Assembly: GCA_040770465.1 (NCBI GenBank)
Contig: JAXGJB010000007.1
Location: forward strand, 20,770-84,769
Direction of reading: 5' to 3'
DNA from: Methanothrix sp.
Lineage (GTDB): Archaea > Halobacteriota > Methanosarcinia > Methanotrichales > Methanotrichaceae
DNA: 64,000 nucleotides
The notes under the pieces are model-generated. The model worked only from the letters and a program-made list of their open reading frames with translations. It made no database searches and was not told the DNA's origin. Positions 50,737-61,109 of the stretch are shown here, one piece after another (position 1 is the stretch's first letter; every line of letters starts with the position of its first letter). Position numbers and translations under genes: made by a program.

Positions 50737-52257
50737 ATGCTATTTACACACTGTACCTATCTACGTATAGTTAACAATACGTCTTCCGCAATGAGGATTA
50801 CAGTAGACGAGACTGATAATTTTGATTGGGACAGGGATGGTAATAGTAGACCTGATATTAATTTCCAGAACGTTAGTATTGGCGCGTATCAAAGCAAAAA
50901 GGAACGTGAGGAGTTGAACGCCCTGGCGAGGTCGTCTTGGTATAGAATGCATATAACCCTTTCAAACGGGAATAGTATAAATTTTAGGAACGATCAGTAT
51001 GATGCAAGACGTCCCAATGAAAGGGAATACCGCCTTGAAGGAGCCGACGCATCAAAATATAGTGCACAACAGTTATCAGGTAATGATCTCAACACTTTCA
51101 TCATTAGAACTGTACCAATCGAGCTGATGTTGATAATAACCAACAAAGATAAACTCAAGAATAAGTATGGGCAGTACGAGTTCGACCTGATAGAGGCCAA
51201 GATTAAAGAATACATGCAGGCCCTGGATAGAACGGGTACATCAGCAAAACTGGTCTACATTGATGACGTTATCTCTCTATCTCCCTATCTGTTAAGCCCA
51301 GTCAATCCCGACAGCCCACAAGATATAAAGGGGCTTATAGACAATCTGGACGAGAAGCTCAACCCCCGATTTTTCCTGATATTGGGTGGACATTCTATCA
51401 TCCCCTTCCATGAACTCGACAACCCTGTTTATGACCCAAACAACCCAGACCTTGACCCCGACAGAACGGTCTTTTCTGACAATCCCTACGCTTCGAAAGA
51501 CAATGACTACTGGCTGCCGGAAAGGGCTATGGGCAGATTTCCCGATGCCGCCAGCAATGAGCCCTCCTTCTTCATCTCCGTGCTGGAGGCCGCCACATCC
51601 AGAGTAAAAAACGCCAAGAAATATTCTTTCGGCCAGACGGCCATCGTGTGGAACAAAGCCTCTCAAGTTGTGTTTGATCCCATTAAGAATGTTGAAGATC
51701 TCAAAGACTCTCCGCCTATACGTACTGGGGACGTGCGTTTAGAATGGCTTAACAAAAAAGGCTACCTCTACTTCAATCTACACGGCACAGAGGACGAAAA
51801 CTATCCCAACTGGTACGGTGAGGATGAGAACAAAAATTATTGCGTGGCTTTTAAACCGGAAAACATCAGGGAAGCGGACGTGGAGAATGCAGTTGTATGC
51901 TGTGAGGCCTGCTACGGGGCAAACATCGTAGATAGGGGAGTGAACAATGCCTTATCCCTGAAGTTCCTGGATCGAGGGGCAGCCTGTTTCATGGGTTCAA
52001 CGAAAATAGCCTTTGGGCAATCAACACCGCCCATCTCTTGTGCTGATATATTGGTGCAGAAATTCTTTGAGCGCATCAAGGGAGGCTTTACCTTCGGAGA
52101 CGCATTCCTGAAAGCCAAGGAGGACTTTATCGTGGAATCAATTGCTACCAATGCCGGGCTAGGTTTACCACGCGCTTTATCGGCAGAAGATTTAAAGACC
52201 TTGATCGAATTTGTGATGTTTGCCGACCCCTCATCGATCATGCAGGAGGAAGAATAA
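50737..52257 (+). CDS. Cytoplasmic C25/caspase-fold peptidase with unknown N-terminal beta domain
   Basis: GGAGGTG RBS; LILGG..IIPF, SDNPY, GRFP, YFNLHG (His), EACYGA (Cys), GST, MFADPS; low GC; no signal peptide. Confidence 0.82.
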   Translation: MLFTHCTYLRIVNNTSSAMRITVDETDNFDWDRDGNSRPDINFQNVSIGAYQSKKEREELNALARSSWYRMHITLSNGNSINFRNDQYDARRPNEREYRLEGADASKYSAQQLSGNDLNTFIIRTVPIELMLIITNKDKLKNKYGQYEFDLIEAKIKEYMQALDRTGTSAKLVYIDDVISLSPYLLSPVNPDSPQDIKGLIDNLDEKLNPRFFLILGGHSIIPFHELDNPVYDPNNPDLDPDRTVFSDNPYASKDNDYWLPERAMGRFPDAASNEPSFFISVLEAATSRVKNAKKYSFGQTAIVWNKASQVVFDPIKNVEDLKDSPPIRTGDVRLEWLNKKGYLYFNLHGTEDENYPNWYGEDENKNYCVAFKPENIREADVENAVVCCEACYGANIVDRGVNNALSLKFLDRGAACFMGSTKIAFGQSTPPISCADILVQKFFERIKGGFTFGDAFLKAKEDFIVESIATNAGLGLPRALSAEDLKTLIEFVMFADPSSIMQEEE

Positions 52258-52538
52258 TGGCCCTTACAGATGAAGATTTGAAGAAAATGGTCAAAGATTA
52301 CCTGAAAGAAGACTCTCCTCAGCTGGCTGATGTGGAGCCTGTCATTAGCGAAGAGGTCTACACTATCCCGGAAAGTGTACAGAGAAAGCTTGATCTGAGT
52401 ATCCCTAAAAGTATCAAGAAAGTAAAAGTGCTGACATACGGAAAGATTGTAACCGCAGAAGATGGGGCTAAGATTCCAATAGTGACCCGAGTCACAGTGG
52501 ACGAGGATGGCAAAATATTAAGATCCACTGGCAATTGA
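52257..52538 (+). CDS. Small 93-aa partner protein coupled to the C25 peptidase
   Basis: TAATG overlap, GGAG RBS, same low GC. Confidence 0.8.
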   Translation: MALTDEDLKKMVKDYLKEDSPQLADVEPVISEEVYTIPESVQRKLDLSIPKSIKKVKVLTYGKIVTAEDGAKIPIVTRVTVDEDGKILRSTGN

Positions 52539-52661
52539 TCAGTTCAAGCCGTGACCATCCAGAAAAACAAAATATTGGCATAGGAGGTATTGAACCTCCT
52601 CTACAATATTTTAAAATTTTGTTTTTCTGACTCTTATCACCAAACAGAAGCCGATTGAATC

Positions 52662-53372
52662 TCACCTCTCCATCGCCCTTCGCCGGAGGTCCTCTGGCAT
52701 CTTCTCGATGGCGTACCGGAGGGCGGTCCGGGGCATCCGGCCCCTGTTTGTCATGACGTAATCGAAGACCTCCTGCTGATGCTTCTTGCTCGCCTCCTTC
52801 AGCATCCAGCCATACCCCTTCTGGACAAGGTCGTCTTTGTCCTCCAGGAGGAGGTCTGAGATCTCGAAGACGTTGTCGAGAAACTCGCCCTTCCGGGCCG
52901 GGAGGATCAATGTCACCGCCGCCGCCCGCCGCAGCCACCGGTTCTCCGATCCCGTCCAGCCTTTCAGCCTCGCCAGGTATTCGGGGTACACCTCGACGAA
53001 GGAGCCTAGGGTGTGGTTACAGAGGGTGTCGCACTTCGCCCAGTTGTTGACGTATTGAGAGAGCCACCTCTCGAAGATGGAGAAGTCGGAAGGCTCGTAC
53101 CTCTTCCTCAGCGAGTAGGCCCATTCGAAGGCGATGAACGCTTCTTCGCCATAGTCGGATTTCAAAAGCTCCTCGCATAAAGCGAAGATCTCCTCCTTGT
53201 CCCGGTCCTTGATCTCCCGAAACCGCTTCTTAGCGATCTCCCTCACGACTGCAGCCTTGACGCCGAGAAACTTGGCCTCCTCTTTAAAGAACCGCTGGCC
53301 GCTCTCCCTCGTCTTCTCGTCTGCGCTCTCCTCCAGCTCGCGCCTAACAGCTATGATCACGTCGCCATTCAT
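52662..53372 (-). CDS. DNA alkylation repair protein (AlkD-like)
   Basis: NNWAKCD, WLRRAA, VQKGYGWMLKE, RYAIEK. Confidence 0.9.
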   Translation of the reverse strand: MNGDVIIAVRRELEESADEKTRESGQRFFKEEAKFLGVKAAVVREIAKKRFREIKDRDKEEIFALCEELLKSDYGEEAFIAFEWAYSLRKRYEPSDFSIFERWLSQYVNNWAKCDTLCNHTLGSFVEVYPEYLARLKGWTGSENRWLRRAAAVTLILPARKGEFLDNVFEISDLLLEDKDDLVQKGYGWMLKEASKKHQQEVFDYVMTNRGRMPRTALRYAIEKMPEDLRRRAMER

Positions 53373-53443
53373 CCCGTCATCAACCCCATCAATTTGCTAT
53401 ATTGGCGGATATCCGGTCCTCCCAAATCCTGAATCCGGGATCG

Positions 53444-53956
53444 TCACCCGATCCTGCAGCCTCTCCGTCCGTGCTTCTCGAAGTACTGCTGGTGACGCTC
53501 CTCGGCCCGATAAAACTCCGAGGCGGGGACGATCTCGGTCACGATCTCTCTTCGATACAGCCCGGAGCTCTGGAGCTTCTCCATCTTTTCCCGAGCCGTT
53601 GCCTCCTGCTCTGGGTCGTGGAAGAAGATCGCTGAGCGGTACTGGCTCCCCACGTCGGGCCCCTGCCGGTCCTTTGTGGTGGGGTCGTGGATCGACCAGA
53701 AGAGGTCGAGGAGCTCCTCGTAAGTGACGACCTCCGGGTCGTAGACCACCTCCACCGCCTCGGCGTGGCCGGTCCTGTCGGTGCAGACCTCCTCGTAGGT
53801 CGGATCCGTCGTGTTTCCGCCGGTGTAGCCGACGGCGGTCGAGATTACCCCTTCGACATCCCTGAAGGCGGCCTCGACCCCCCAGAAGCAGCCCGCAGCG
53901 AAGGTGGCTTTCTCCGTCCTCTGCCCCACCATCTTGCCCGGATCGTCTTCGCTCAA
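53444..53956 (-). CDS. msrA: Peptide methionine sulfoxide reductase A
   Basis: [34 protein letters not shown]. Confidence 0.97.
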   Translation of the reverse strand: MSEDDPGKMVGQRTEKATFAAGCFWGVEAAFRDVEGVISTAVGYTGGNTTDPTYEEVCTDRTGHAEAVEVVYDPEVVTYEELLDLFWSIHDPTTKDRQGPDVGSQYRSAIFFHDPEQEATAREKMEKLQSSGLYRREIVTEIVPASEFYRAEERHQQYFEKHGRRGCRIG

Positions 53957-54127
53957 TTTTCATCACACTCCAATAGATTTGGATAACTAATATATCCCAT
54001 CTCAGACATAGCAGCTAGCTACAGCAAGATCTAATATCTCGGAGATCGGATATATAGAGATGGCATGGGTATAGGAAGTAGACCGAAATAGAACATAGAA
54101 AAATTAAAAAAGATGGGGCCCACTGTT

Positions 54128-54922
54128 CTAGGCCGTCTGGACGATTCTTCCGGAAACGTCGATATCGGCCCTATACCTGCCGCCAGCTCTGAAGGATTCC
54201 GTCCAAGTCCTCCAATCCTGGTAGAGATCCACTCTTATGGTATGCTGCTGGTTTCCTACAACGTTTAATGTATAGATTCCGTCCAAAGCGTCGGAACCTG
54301 TCCCTTCGTTCCCAACCTGAACGCCGTCGACCGATACGACGTATCCCTGATGCTGGTTGGAGACGATCGTCAGCTGCGCGTATCCGGAGGGGAGCGTTCC
54401 CGTCGTGGTCGAACCGGTCCCGGTGCTGGAGGTGATCGTCCCAGTCGTAGTCGACCCCGTCCCGATGCCAGAGCTAGACCCGGTACCAGATCCAGTGCCG
54501 GTGCCCTGAGATCCTGTGGATGTTGGGGAACCGACATCCGTCGATCCGGCGTTGCAGTATTCGTACCACCACCAGCCGGTACCCATGATGGTGACGTCGT
54601 CACCATTTACCACGTTCAAACGGGTAACTTGATAGAATACTTGTGGAAGATAAAAGCCATCATAGCCCTCGACGTAGATTGCCCAGAGATAATTTCTCCA
54701 ATCATTAAAGGGAGGGTTTGTAGCATCCATGAAGGCGATCTCCATCAACGCCATGTCCGTCGTCATCCCCTCATCGTCGAGTTCCACATAGGAGGTGAAC
54801 TGCTCATCGCATCCACCCCAGCCACTATAATCGATGCAGAAGTCCACAGATACCATCTCGGCCATTGCAGTGCCGGCGAAAACTAAAACAAACAAAGCAG
54901 ATAGCAGAACGTTGTATCTCAT
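54128..54922 (-). CDS. Secreted hypothetical protein with Ser/Thr/Gly linker
   Basis: Signal peptide; two domains joined by a GSTTTG-rich linker. Confidence 0.78.
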   Translation of the reverse strand: MRYNVLLSALFVLVFAGTAMAEMVSVDFCIDYSGWGGCDEQFTSYVELDDEGMTTDMALMEIAFMDATNPPFNDWRNYLWAIYVEGYDGFYLPQVFYQVTRLNVVNGDDVTIMGTGWWWYEYCNAGSTDVGSPTSTGSQGTGTGSGTGSSSGIGTGSTTTGTITSSTGTGSTTTGTLPSGYAQLTIVSNQHQGYVVSVDGVQVGNEGTGSDALDGIYTLNVVGNQQHTIRVDLYQDWRTWTESFRAGGRYRADIDVSGRIVQTA

Positions 54923-55173
54923 ACCCTAATCTCCCATTTCATCGCGTTGCTTCGAACCTTCCATGCCAATGTTCATGAGCTGAGGCGGCCGTGGATAGTT
55001 CAAAACTTTATGGGCCTATTTGATCTGAATACCTCTAAATAGTTTTCGACATTTCTCAAGGGATTTAGATTAACACCAAGCCAGAAATGTATTTGTTCAT
55101 GGAAAAGACGATTAATATTTAATTTTAATAAATAATAAAAAATAATAATTATTATTTACTCTGATTCGAAATA

Positions 55174-56541
55174 TCATCTCACCACAGGACATGTCGCCGA
55201 TGACCAGCCAGCAAGGCCGCCGAGGATCACCGTCATCTCTTCCAGCCCCTCCCTCTGGAGGATCGAGGCGGCCACCATGGAGCGGAGACCGCTCCCGCAG
55301 AAGATGTAGACCGGCCTTTCTTTCGGCACCTCTTCGATCCGCTGGGGAAGCTCTGTTATGTGGATGTGGTGGGCTCTTGTGATCCTGCCCGTTGCCTCAA
55401 GCTCGTCCTTGCTTCTGACGTCCAGAATCCAGGCATTCTTCTTCTCCTCGCGGTCGAGGCGCTTGCAGAGGTCGTGGACGTTGGCGGTGGCAATGGGCCT
55501 GCTCTCCTTTCCGGCCGTATGCCAGGCCAACATCCCGCCTGCGAGGTATCCCTCCAGGTTGTCGAAGCCGAGCCGCCGGAGCCTCCGGACCGCGATATCC
55601 GGATCGCCGGTCTCTTCCACCAGAAGGATCCTCCTGTCGTAAGGCAAAAACCAGCCCGCAAAGCTCGGGGCCCCGTCGAGCCATATGCTGAGGGCACCGG
55701 GGACGTGGGCCGCCCCGAAGGCGAGCTCCATCCTGGTGTCCAGGACAAACTCCTCCTCGGCCAGGGCTTCGAACTCCCGGGGGGAGAGGGGAGCGGGGTC
55801 GGGAACTGTGCAGAGGAGGGGGGCTCCCTCGAGGTTCAGCCGCTCCATCTCCCTGAAGTAGGGGGGTCGCTCCAGCTCCACCGCCATCCTGGCCACGAAC
55901 TCCTCTCTTCCATCAACCTGGAGCTTGGGGTTTCTCATCCTCTCGATCCCCAGGGTCGTCCACTTCCGATCGGCTATCGAGGCGGCACAGACCGATCCCG
56001 CTCCGTGGGCGGGACATGCGATCACCTCGTCCCCCAGGGGCAGAAGCCTCTCGAAGATGGAGTCGTAGAGCTGGTCCGCCATCTCCTCGGCCCGGTCCAT
56101 CCCCAAAAGATCAACCCTCCCCAGATCCCCGGCGAAGAGGGCATCGCCGGTGAAGACGATCCACGGGTCGCCCCCAGCGTCCCGGAGGAGATAGCTCATC
56201 GATCCCGGGGTGTGGCCGGGGGTGGAGATCGCCTCGATCCTGAACCTTCCGACATTCCAGGCCATCCCGTCCTCGACTGCCTCGCCGTACCGATAGTCGA
56301 GCTCTCCGTCGGCGTGCCAGACCTCGGCCCCGGTCCGGGCCGAGAGCTCCACCGAGCCTATGACGTAGTCCTCGTTTCTATGGGTCTCAAGGACGGTGGT
56401 GATCCGCATCCCCTCCTTTGACGCCAGCTTCGGGTAGACCTCGCAGTCCCTCCGGGGATCGATCACCACAGCCTCATTTCTGTCGCCCACGATGTAGGAG
56501 TAGTGGGCGAGCCCCTCCGATTCAATTCTTTCAAACAGCAT
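55174..56541 (-). CDS. MBL-fold hydrolase with two rhodanese domains (persulfide dioxygenase-like)
   Basis: ETHRNED, TPGHT, FTGD, PAHGAGSVC, CGSGLRS. Confidence 0.9.
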   Translation of the reverse strand: MLFERIESEGLAHYSYIVGDRNEAVVIDPRRDCEVYPKLASKEGMRITTVLETHRNEDYVIGSVELSARTGAEVWHADGELDYRYGEAVEDGMAWNVGRFRIEAISTPGHTPGSMSYLLRDAGGDPWIVFTGDALFAGDLGRVDLLGMDRAEEMADQLYDSIFERLLPLGDEVIACPAHGAGSVCAASIADRKWTTLGIERMRNPKLQVDGREEFVARMAVELERPPYFREMERLNLEGAPLLCTVPDPAPLSPREFEALAEEEFVLDTRMELAFGAAHVPGALSIWLDGAPSFAGWFLPYDRRILLVEETGDPDIAVRRLRRLGFDNLEGYLAGGMLAWHTAGKESRPIATANVHDLCKRLDREEKKNAWILDVRSKDELEATGRITRAHHIHITELPQRIEEVPKERPVYIFCGSGLRSMVAASILQREGLEEMTVILGGLAGWSSATCPVVR

Positions 56542-56682
56542 AATATCCAACTCCGTCCTGACAGATTAGAGGCCCTGAGAATGGGGAGTGTAATGCTCGT
56601 TCCGCCCCATCTCCAACCATCTGCATTTTTGGGAGTGGAGAGTATATTAAACTTACTTCAAATAGAAATTTTGAAATTAGAT

Positions 56683-57096
56683 TCATATCTCCTTCAGCTT
56701 GGCAAATAGCTTTTTGAGCCGCTCGACATACGCCCCGTCGATGACGTACCTGTCACCCTCCTCGATATGCTCGACCTTCGATAGAGCCCTCTCCATCACG
56801 CCTCCCGCCTCCAGGAGCAGATGATGCTGGGCGATGTCCTTGGTCACCACGTCGATGTACTCCCACCAGGCCTGGTCCAGCCCCTTCAGGGGAGCGCCTC
56901 GAACCCCCCGCTCCTTCATCCGGTCTAGGAGGTCCTGGAAGGTGCGAGCCTCGGGCCACTCGCCCCTCTGATGATCCTGGAAGGCATCGAAAGCCGCGCG
57001 TCCGACGCGGTCATCCCTCTTCCGCTGCTCAAATAGCCAGATCGAAAAGTCGACCCTTCTTCCTCCCGTCGCCTTCAAAGCCTTCGCCTCTTTCAC
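56683..57096 (-). CDS. Hypothetical protein with YozE/SAM-like N-terminus
   Basis: FSIWL..Q.RDDRVG..A.D...WP...AWWEY pattern. Confidence 0.6.
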   Translation of the reverse strand: MKEAKALKATGGRRVDFSIWLFEQRKRDDRVGRAAFDAFQDHQRGEWPEARTFQDLLDRMKERGVRGAPLKGLDQAWWEYIDVVTKDIAQHHLLLEAGGVMERALSKVEHIEEGDRYVIDGAYVERLKKLFAKLKEI

Positions 57097-57414
57097 AAAT
57101 TGATCGCTTATACGATAACTAGCTGTCCATTAAGGCCGCGGTGCGGCCCGGCGGACGAAAACTCAAAGCTGCCCCTTTTTCAATTTCCTTCCGGTCAGAT
57201 CATGTAGCAATCTAAGCGAAAAGTTTATTACTAAATAAGATGTAGACGGATTGGCGTGCGTGAAAACCCATTTCGTGACCTTTCAGAGAACCGCGCCCGC
57301 CACCTGGGGTGGCAAAGACGACAACAGCCTTCCTGACCAAAGGGTGCCGGCGTTCGGGGATGAGATCAAAGCCCCGAGTTCTGGCATCCCTTTTCTTCTG
57401 CCAGACCTTCTGAT

Positions 57415-58200
57415 TCAGACAGCTTCGCCTTTGAGAGAGCTGATGGGGACGACGTAAGGCCGGTCCAAGTCCCTCATAACGACCGCCTCGACGCCGAAGA
57501 TCGACCTTATGTTGTCCTTTGTAAGCAGGGAGAGAGGATCGCCGATGGCGTGGACCTTCCCGTCCTTCAGCATCACCAGGCTGTCGGAGTACCGAGCCGC
57601 CAGGTTCAGGTCGTGGATCGCCATCACAGCCGAGATCCTGGTCTTCTTCACCAGGGATCGGACCGTCTCCATCACCTCCAGCTGGTGCTTGACGTCCAGG
57701 TTCGACGTAGGCTCGTCCAGGAGGAGAACCTCCGGCTCCTGGCAGAGGGCTCTTGCTATCAGTACCCTCTGCTTCTGGCCGCCGGAGAGCTCCGAGTAAT
57801 CCTTGAGGGCGAACTCCTCGACGTGAAGGAGCTTCATGATATCGACGACCTTGTCGATATCCTCGTCAGATACCCGCCACCCCATGTGGGGCTTTCTTCC
57901 CATGAGGATCGTATCGAAGACGGTGGTGGTGAGGACCCCGGTGGTGGACTGGGGGACGTACCCGATGAGTTTCGCCACCTCCTGGCGGCTGAGGCTCTCG
58001 AGGTTTCGGCCTCCATTGAGGAGGATCGCACCCTTGGGCTTGAGGATCCTGTCGATGCACTTGATGAGGGTGGTCTTGCCGGAGCCGTTGGGGCCCACAA
58101 GGCTGAGAACCTCCGAGTCGCCGACGACGAAGTTCAGCTCGTCCAGGATCCTGCGGCTGCCGTAGCTGAAGCTGAGATCCTTGATGGTGATCTTTACCAA
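57415..58200 (-). CDS. Iron/cobalamin-type ABC transporter ATPase
   Basis: GPNGSGKT, LSGGQKQR, DEPTSNLD, HDLNLA; TTG start overlapping the permease stop. Confidence 0.92.
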   Translation of the reverse strand: MVKITIKDLSFSYGSRRILDELNFVVGDSEVLSLVGPNGSGKTTLIKCIDRILKPKGAILLNGGRNLESLSRQEVAKLIGYVPQSTTGVLTTTVFDTILMGRKPHMGWRVSDEDIDKVVDIMKLLHVEEFALKDYSELSGGQKQRVLIARALCQEPEVLLLDEPTSNLDVKHQLEVMETVRSLVKKTRISAVMAIHDLNLAARYSDSLVMLKDGKVHAIGDPLSLLTKDNIRSIFGVEAVVMRDLDRPYVVPISSLKGEAV

Positions 58201-59285
58201 TAGTCTTTCCTCCTTTTCAAGAAGAGATAAATGAAGAACGGAACTCCGAGAAATGAGGTCATGATCCCCACCGGCAGGATGACCGGCGAGAGGACGGTCC
58301 TGGCGACGGTGTCGGCCGCGAGGAGGATGAGGGCACCGACGAGCCCCGAGGCAGGGAGGAGGAAACGATGATCTCCACCCACCACCATCCTGGTGATGTG
58401 AGGGGCTACAAGGCCGATGAAACCTATGGTCCCGGTGAAGCAGATGATGCTCGCGGTGACGAGGGACGCCAGCATCATGCAGAGGACCCTTACGAACTCG
58501 ACGTTCACGCCGAGGCTCTTTGCGGTCTCGTCTCCGGCCCCCAGGGCGTTGATGTCCCAGGAGAAGGCCATGAGGATCAGGGTGCATATTACAGTTATCA
58601 GGGCTATGATCGCCACCTTATCCCAGGAGGATCTGCCGAGGCTTCCCATCATCCAGAAGACGACCTCGTGAACCTCCTCCGACTCTCCGACGTACTGGAG
58701 AAATGAGGTCATGGCACTGAAGAGGTACATGATGGCGATCCCCGCCAGGATCATCGTCTCCGGGGTTATCCCCTTGTACTTGGCAAGGCCGTAGACCGTT
58801 AGGGATGCAAGCATCGTGAAGACGAAGGCGTTTCCGACGATCAGGTACTGTCCTCCTACGAAGCCCGCCCCGAGGATTATGGCGAGGGACGCCCCGAAGC
58901 TCGCGGCCGAGGCGATCCCCAGGGTGAAGGGGCTGGCCAGGGGGTTTTTGAGGATCCCCTGCATCGCTGACCCCGCGACCGCAAGCCCCATCCCCGCGAA
59001 GATCCCCATCAGGACCCGGTGGAGGCGGAGCTGCCAGACGATGGTGTCCGTGAAGTCGGTGGTCGCAAAGTTGCCTGGAAAGAACCTTGCCAGGATCGCC
59101 GAGTAGACCTCGACGGGGGTGATGTTTGCAGAACCAAGGGTCGCAGCGATCCCTGCCAGCACCACGATCCCGACGATGGAGAGGGTGATGAAGAGGACCT
59201 TCCGGCCGACAAACGAGGCGTACTCCTCTTTCAGCTCTGAGTTTTCGATTGCAGTATCCGTTGACATCGTCTCAGCTTCGCTCAT
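58194..59285 (-). CDS. FecCD/BtuC-family permease
   Basis: NPLASPFTLG, GDETAKSLG, IGFIGLVAPH, LPVG; ATG at 59285. Confidence 0.92.
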   Translation of the reverse strand: MSEAETMSTDTAIENSELKEEYASFVGRKVLFITLSIVGIVVLAGIAATLGSANITPVEVYSAILARFFPGNFATTDFTDTIVWQLRLHRVLMGIFAGMGLAVAGSAMQGILKNPLASPFTLGIASAASFGASLAIILGAGFVGGQYLIVGNAFVFTMLASLTVYGLAKYKGITPETMILAGIAIMYLFSAMTSFLQYVGESEEVHEVVFWMMGSLGRSSWDKVAIIALITVICTLILMAFSWDINALGAGDETAKSLGVNVEFVRVLCMMLASLVTASIICFTGTIGFIGLVAPHITRMVVGGDHRFLLPASGLVGALILLAADTVARTVLSPVILPVGIMTSFLGVPFFIYLFLKRRKDYW

Positions 59286-59510
59286 AAACTTGATCCAATT
59301 TAAGTTTAATTGATCAAATGTAAATCTTCGCTTTATAACGCCGCCGGATACTGCCTCCTCGCGACCTGTTTGGGCCTTTGTGATGTGTCTTCTAGAAGGC
59401 AGAAGAGCAGCTGTTCGACCTGGGACCTTTCTCACGCCATCTCGGAGGCTTCGATATTGACGAAGCCTCCGAGGTTTTTGCACCCGATCGTTTGATCTAG
59501 GCTGAACCCT

Positions 59511-60566
59511 TCAGATCGCGGGGTAGACGAAGTAGTTCTCCTCCGGGTATTCGAGACCTCTCATCCCCAGGTACTCCTGGTAGACCCCCACGGGGTCCAG
59601 CTCCGCCTCGGGATGGATCATCTCGGCCCAGTAGGTCAGGCCGACGACGGCTCCCGTCCCAAGGGTAATGTCCCTGAAGATGACGTAGACCTTGCCGTTC
59701 TCAACGGCGGGGATGGTGTCGGCTCCGGGTCGGCTCTGGATCTCGGTGACGAAGGCCTCCATCTCCGTGGTGTTGCTCCAGCCGAGCTGGTTTATGGATG
59801 CCGGCACCTTGATTATCACGTCCGGCATCCCGGCAAGGACGCTCTCCCATTCCACCTTGGGGTTGGCCTCGTCAACGTCGATGATGTTCTCTCCACCGGC
59901 AAGGGTGATCATCTCGTCGAGGGCGGACCCCTGGCCGTAGGTCCAGAGAGCCCCAAGATCGGAGGCGGTTCCGCCCTCGACGTAGACCTTGGGCCTCTCC
60001 AGATCGGCGACCGCGAGAGATACCTCTGCCTTCGTCTCGCCGACCCAGTCGTTGTAGCTTTCTGCCTCAGCTTCGCGGTCGAGAACCGTTCCGAGGGTGG
60101 TTATCTCCTCCTCCAGGGTCTCGGCGTTGTAGAGGTCGAGGCCCAATACGTCGATCTCCTCGAAAGGCGCCAGGTTCTCCTCCACCTCTCCGGCCTTGCT
60201 CGCATAGCAGATCACCAGCATCCCGGGCGCGATCTCGCCGGATTCGTCCCTGGCGAGGTCGGCTATATTCTCGTAATTGAACTCCTTCCACGTCCCCACC
60301 ATCTCCCAGTCGTCAGAAAATTCGGTGAAATAGTGGGCCTTGTAAGAGATGTCCACCGATCCTGCGATCTTCTCCGCGTCTCCGAGGATGCTCACCGCAT
60401 CCGCAGCATCGGAGTTGAGGACCACAATCTTCTCGACGGGCGAGTCTATCGCCACAGACTTTTTCGCAGAGTCGGTGACGGTTACGGGATAATCGACGGC
60501 GTTCGACGCCCCCAGGGCCAGGCTGACGCCCAGGGTCAACAGCAAAAAGAACGATATCTTCTTCAA
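59511..60566 (-). CDS. Iron/cobalamin-type ABC substrate-binding protein
   Basis: Signal peptide; YPVTVTDS, AGGEN, PDVII, AVENGKVY. Confidence 0.88.
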   Translation of the reverse strand: MKKISFFLLLTLGVSLALGASNAVDYPVTVTDSAKKSVAIDSPVEKIVVLNSDAADAVSILGDAEKIAGSVDISYKAHYFTEFSDDWEMVGTWKEFNYENIADLARDESGEIAPGMLVICYASKAGEVEENLAPFEEIDVLGLDLYNAETLEEEITTLGTVLDREAEAESYNDWVGETKAEVSLAVADLERPKVYVEGGTASDLGALWTYGQGSALDEMITLAGGENIIDVDEANPKVEWESVLAGMPDVIIKVPASINQLGWSNTTEMEAFVTEIQSRPGADTIPAVENGKVYVIFRDITLGTGAVVGLTYWAEMIHPEAELDPVGVYQEYLGMRGLEYPEENYFVYPAI

Positions 60567-60766
60567 AATTCACCCTCCTTTCGGTCATCTAAATGTATAG
60601 ATGGGAGATCTTTGTTAACTAATAAGAATTTCGGTCAATAATTTGTAATTGAAGCAGGATTAACTGCAGCAGGACCGAAAACCGGATTAACATGCCTGCG
60701 ATTATATCCCGCAGGTCTCGAGCCTTCTCTGGCACGACGGCCGAGATATCGAAGAGACGGATTGCG

Positions 60767-61036
60767 ATGGACTGGGAGATCATAGGTTACGCCGCTGCGG
60801 CTCTGACGATGTTCGGGTTTCTGCCGCAGCTTGTGAAGATGGTGCAGACGAAGTCGGTGGATGACGTGAGCCTCGTCATGATGGTCCAGATGGGGTTTGG
60901 GGTGTTTCTCTGGATGCTCTACGGTCTTCACCTGGATAACTCCCCCCTCATCGTGGCCAACGTCGTCTCTTTATCGACGTTGACCCTGGGGCTTCTTGTC
61001 TACTTCAGGTACACCACCAGAAGGTACTTCAGATAA
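60767..61036 (+). CDS. SemiSWEET/PQ-loop transporter
   Basis: FLPQLVK, DVS, LWMLYG, PLIVAN. Confidence 0.88.
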   Translation: MDWEIIGYAAAALTMFGFLPQLVKMVQTKSVDDVSLVMMVQMGFGVFLWMLYGLHLDNSPLIVANVVSLSTLTLGLLVYFRYTTRRYFR

Positions 61037-61109
61037 GAACAGCAAAAATAAGGCCAAAGATGAGGCTGGAGATCTCGACTGCGGGCCAGCCTGAATCCGG
61101 AGGATTTCG

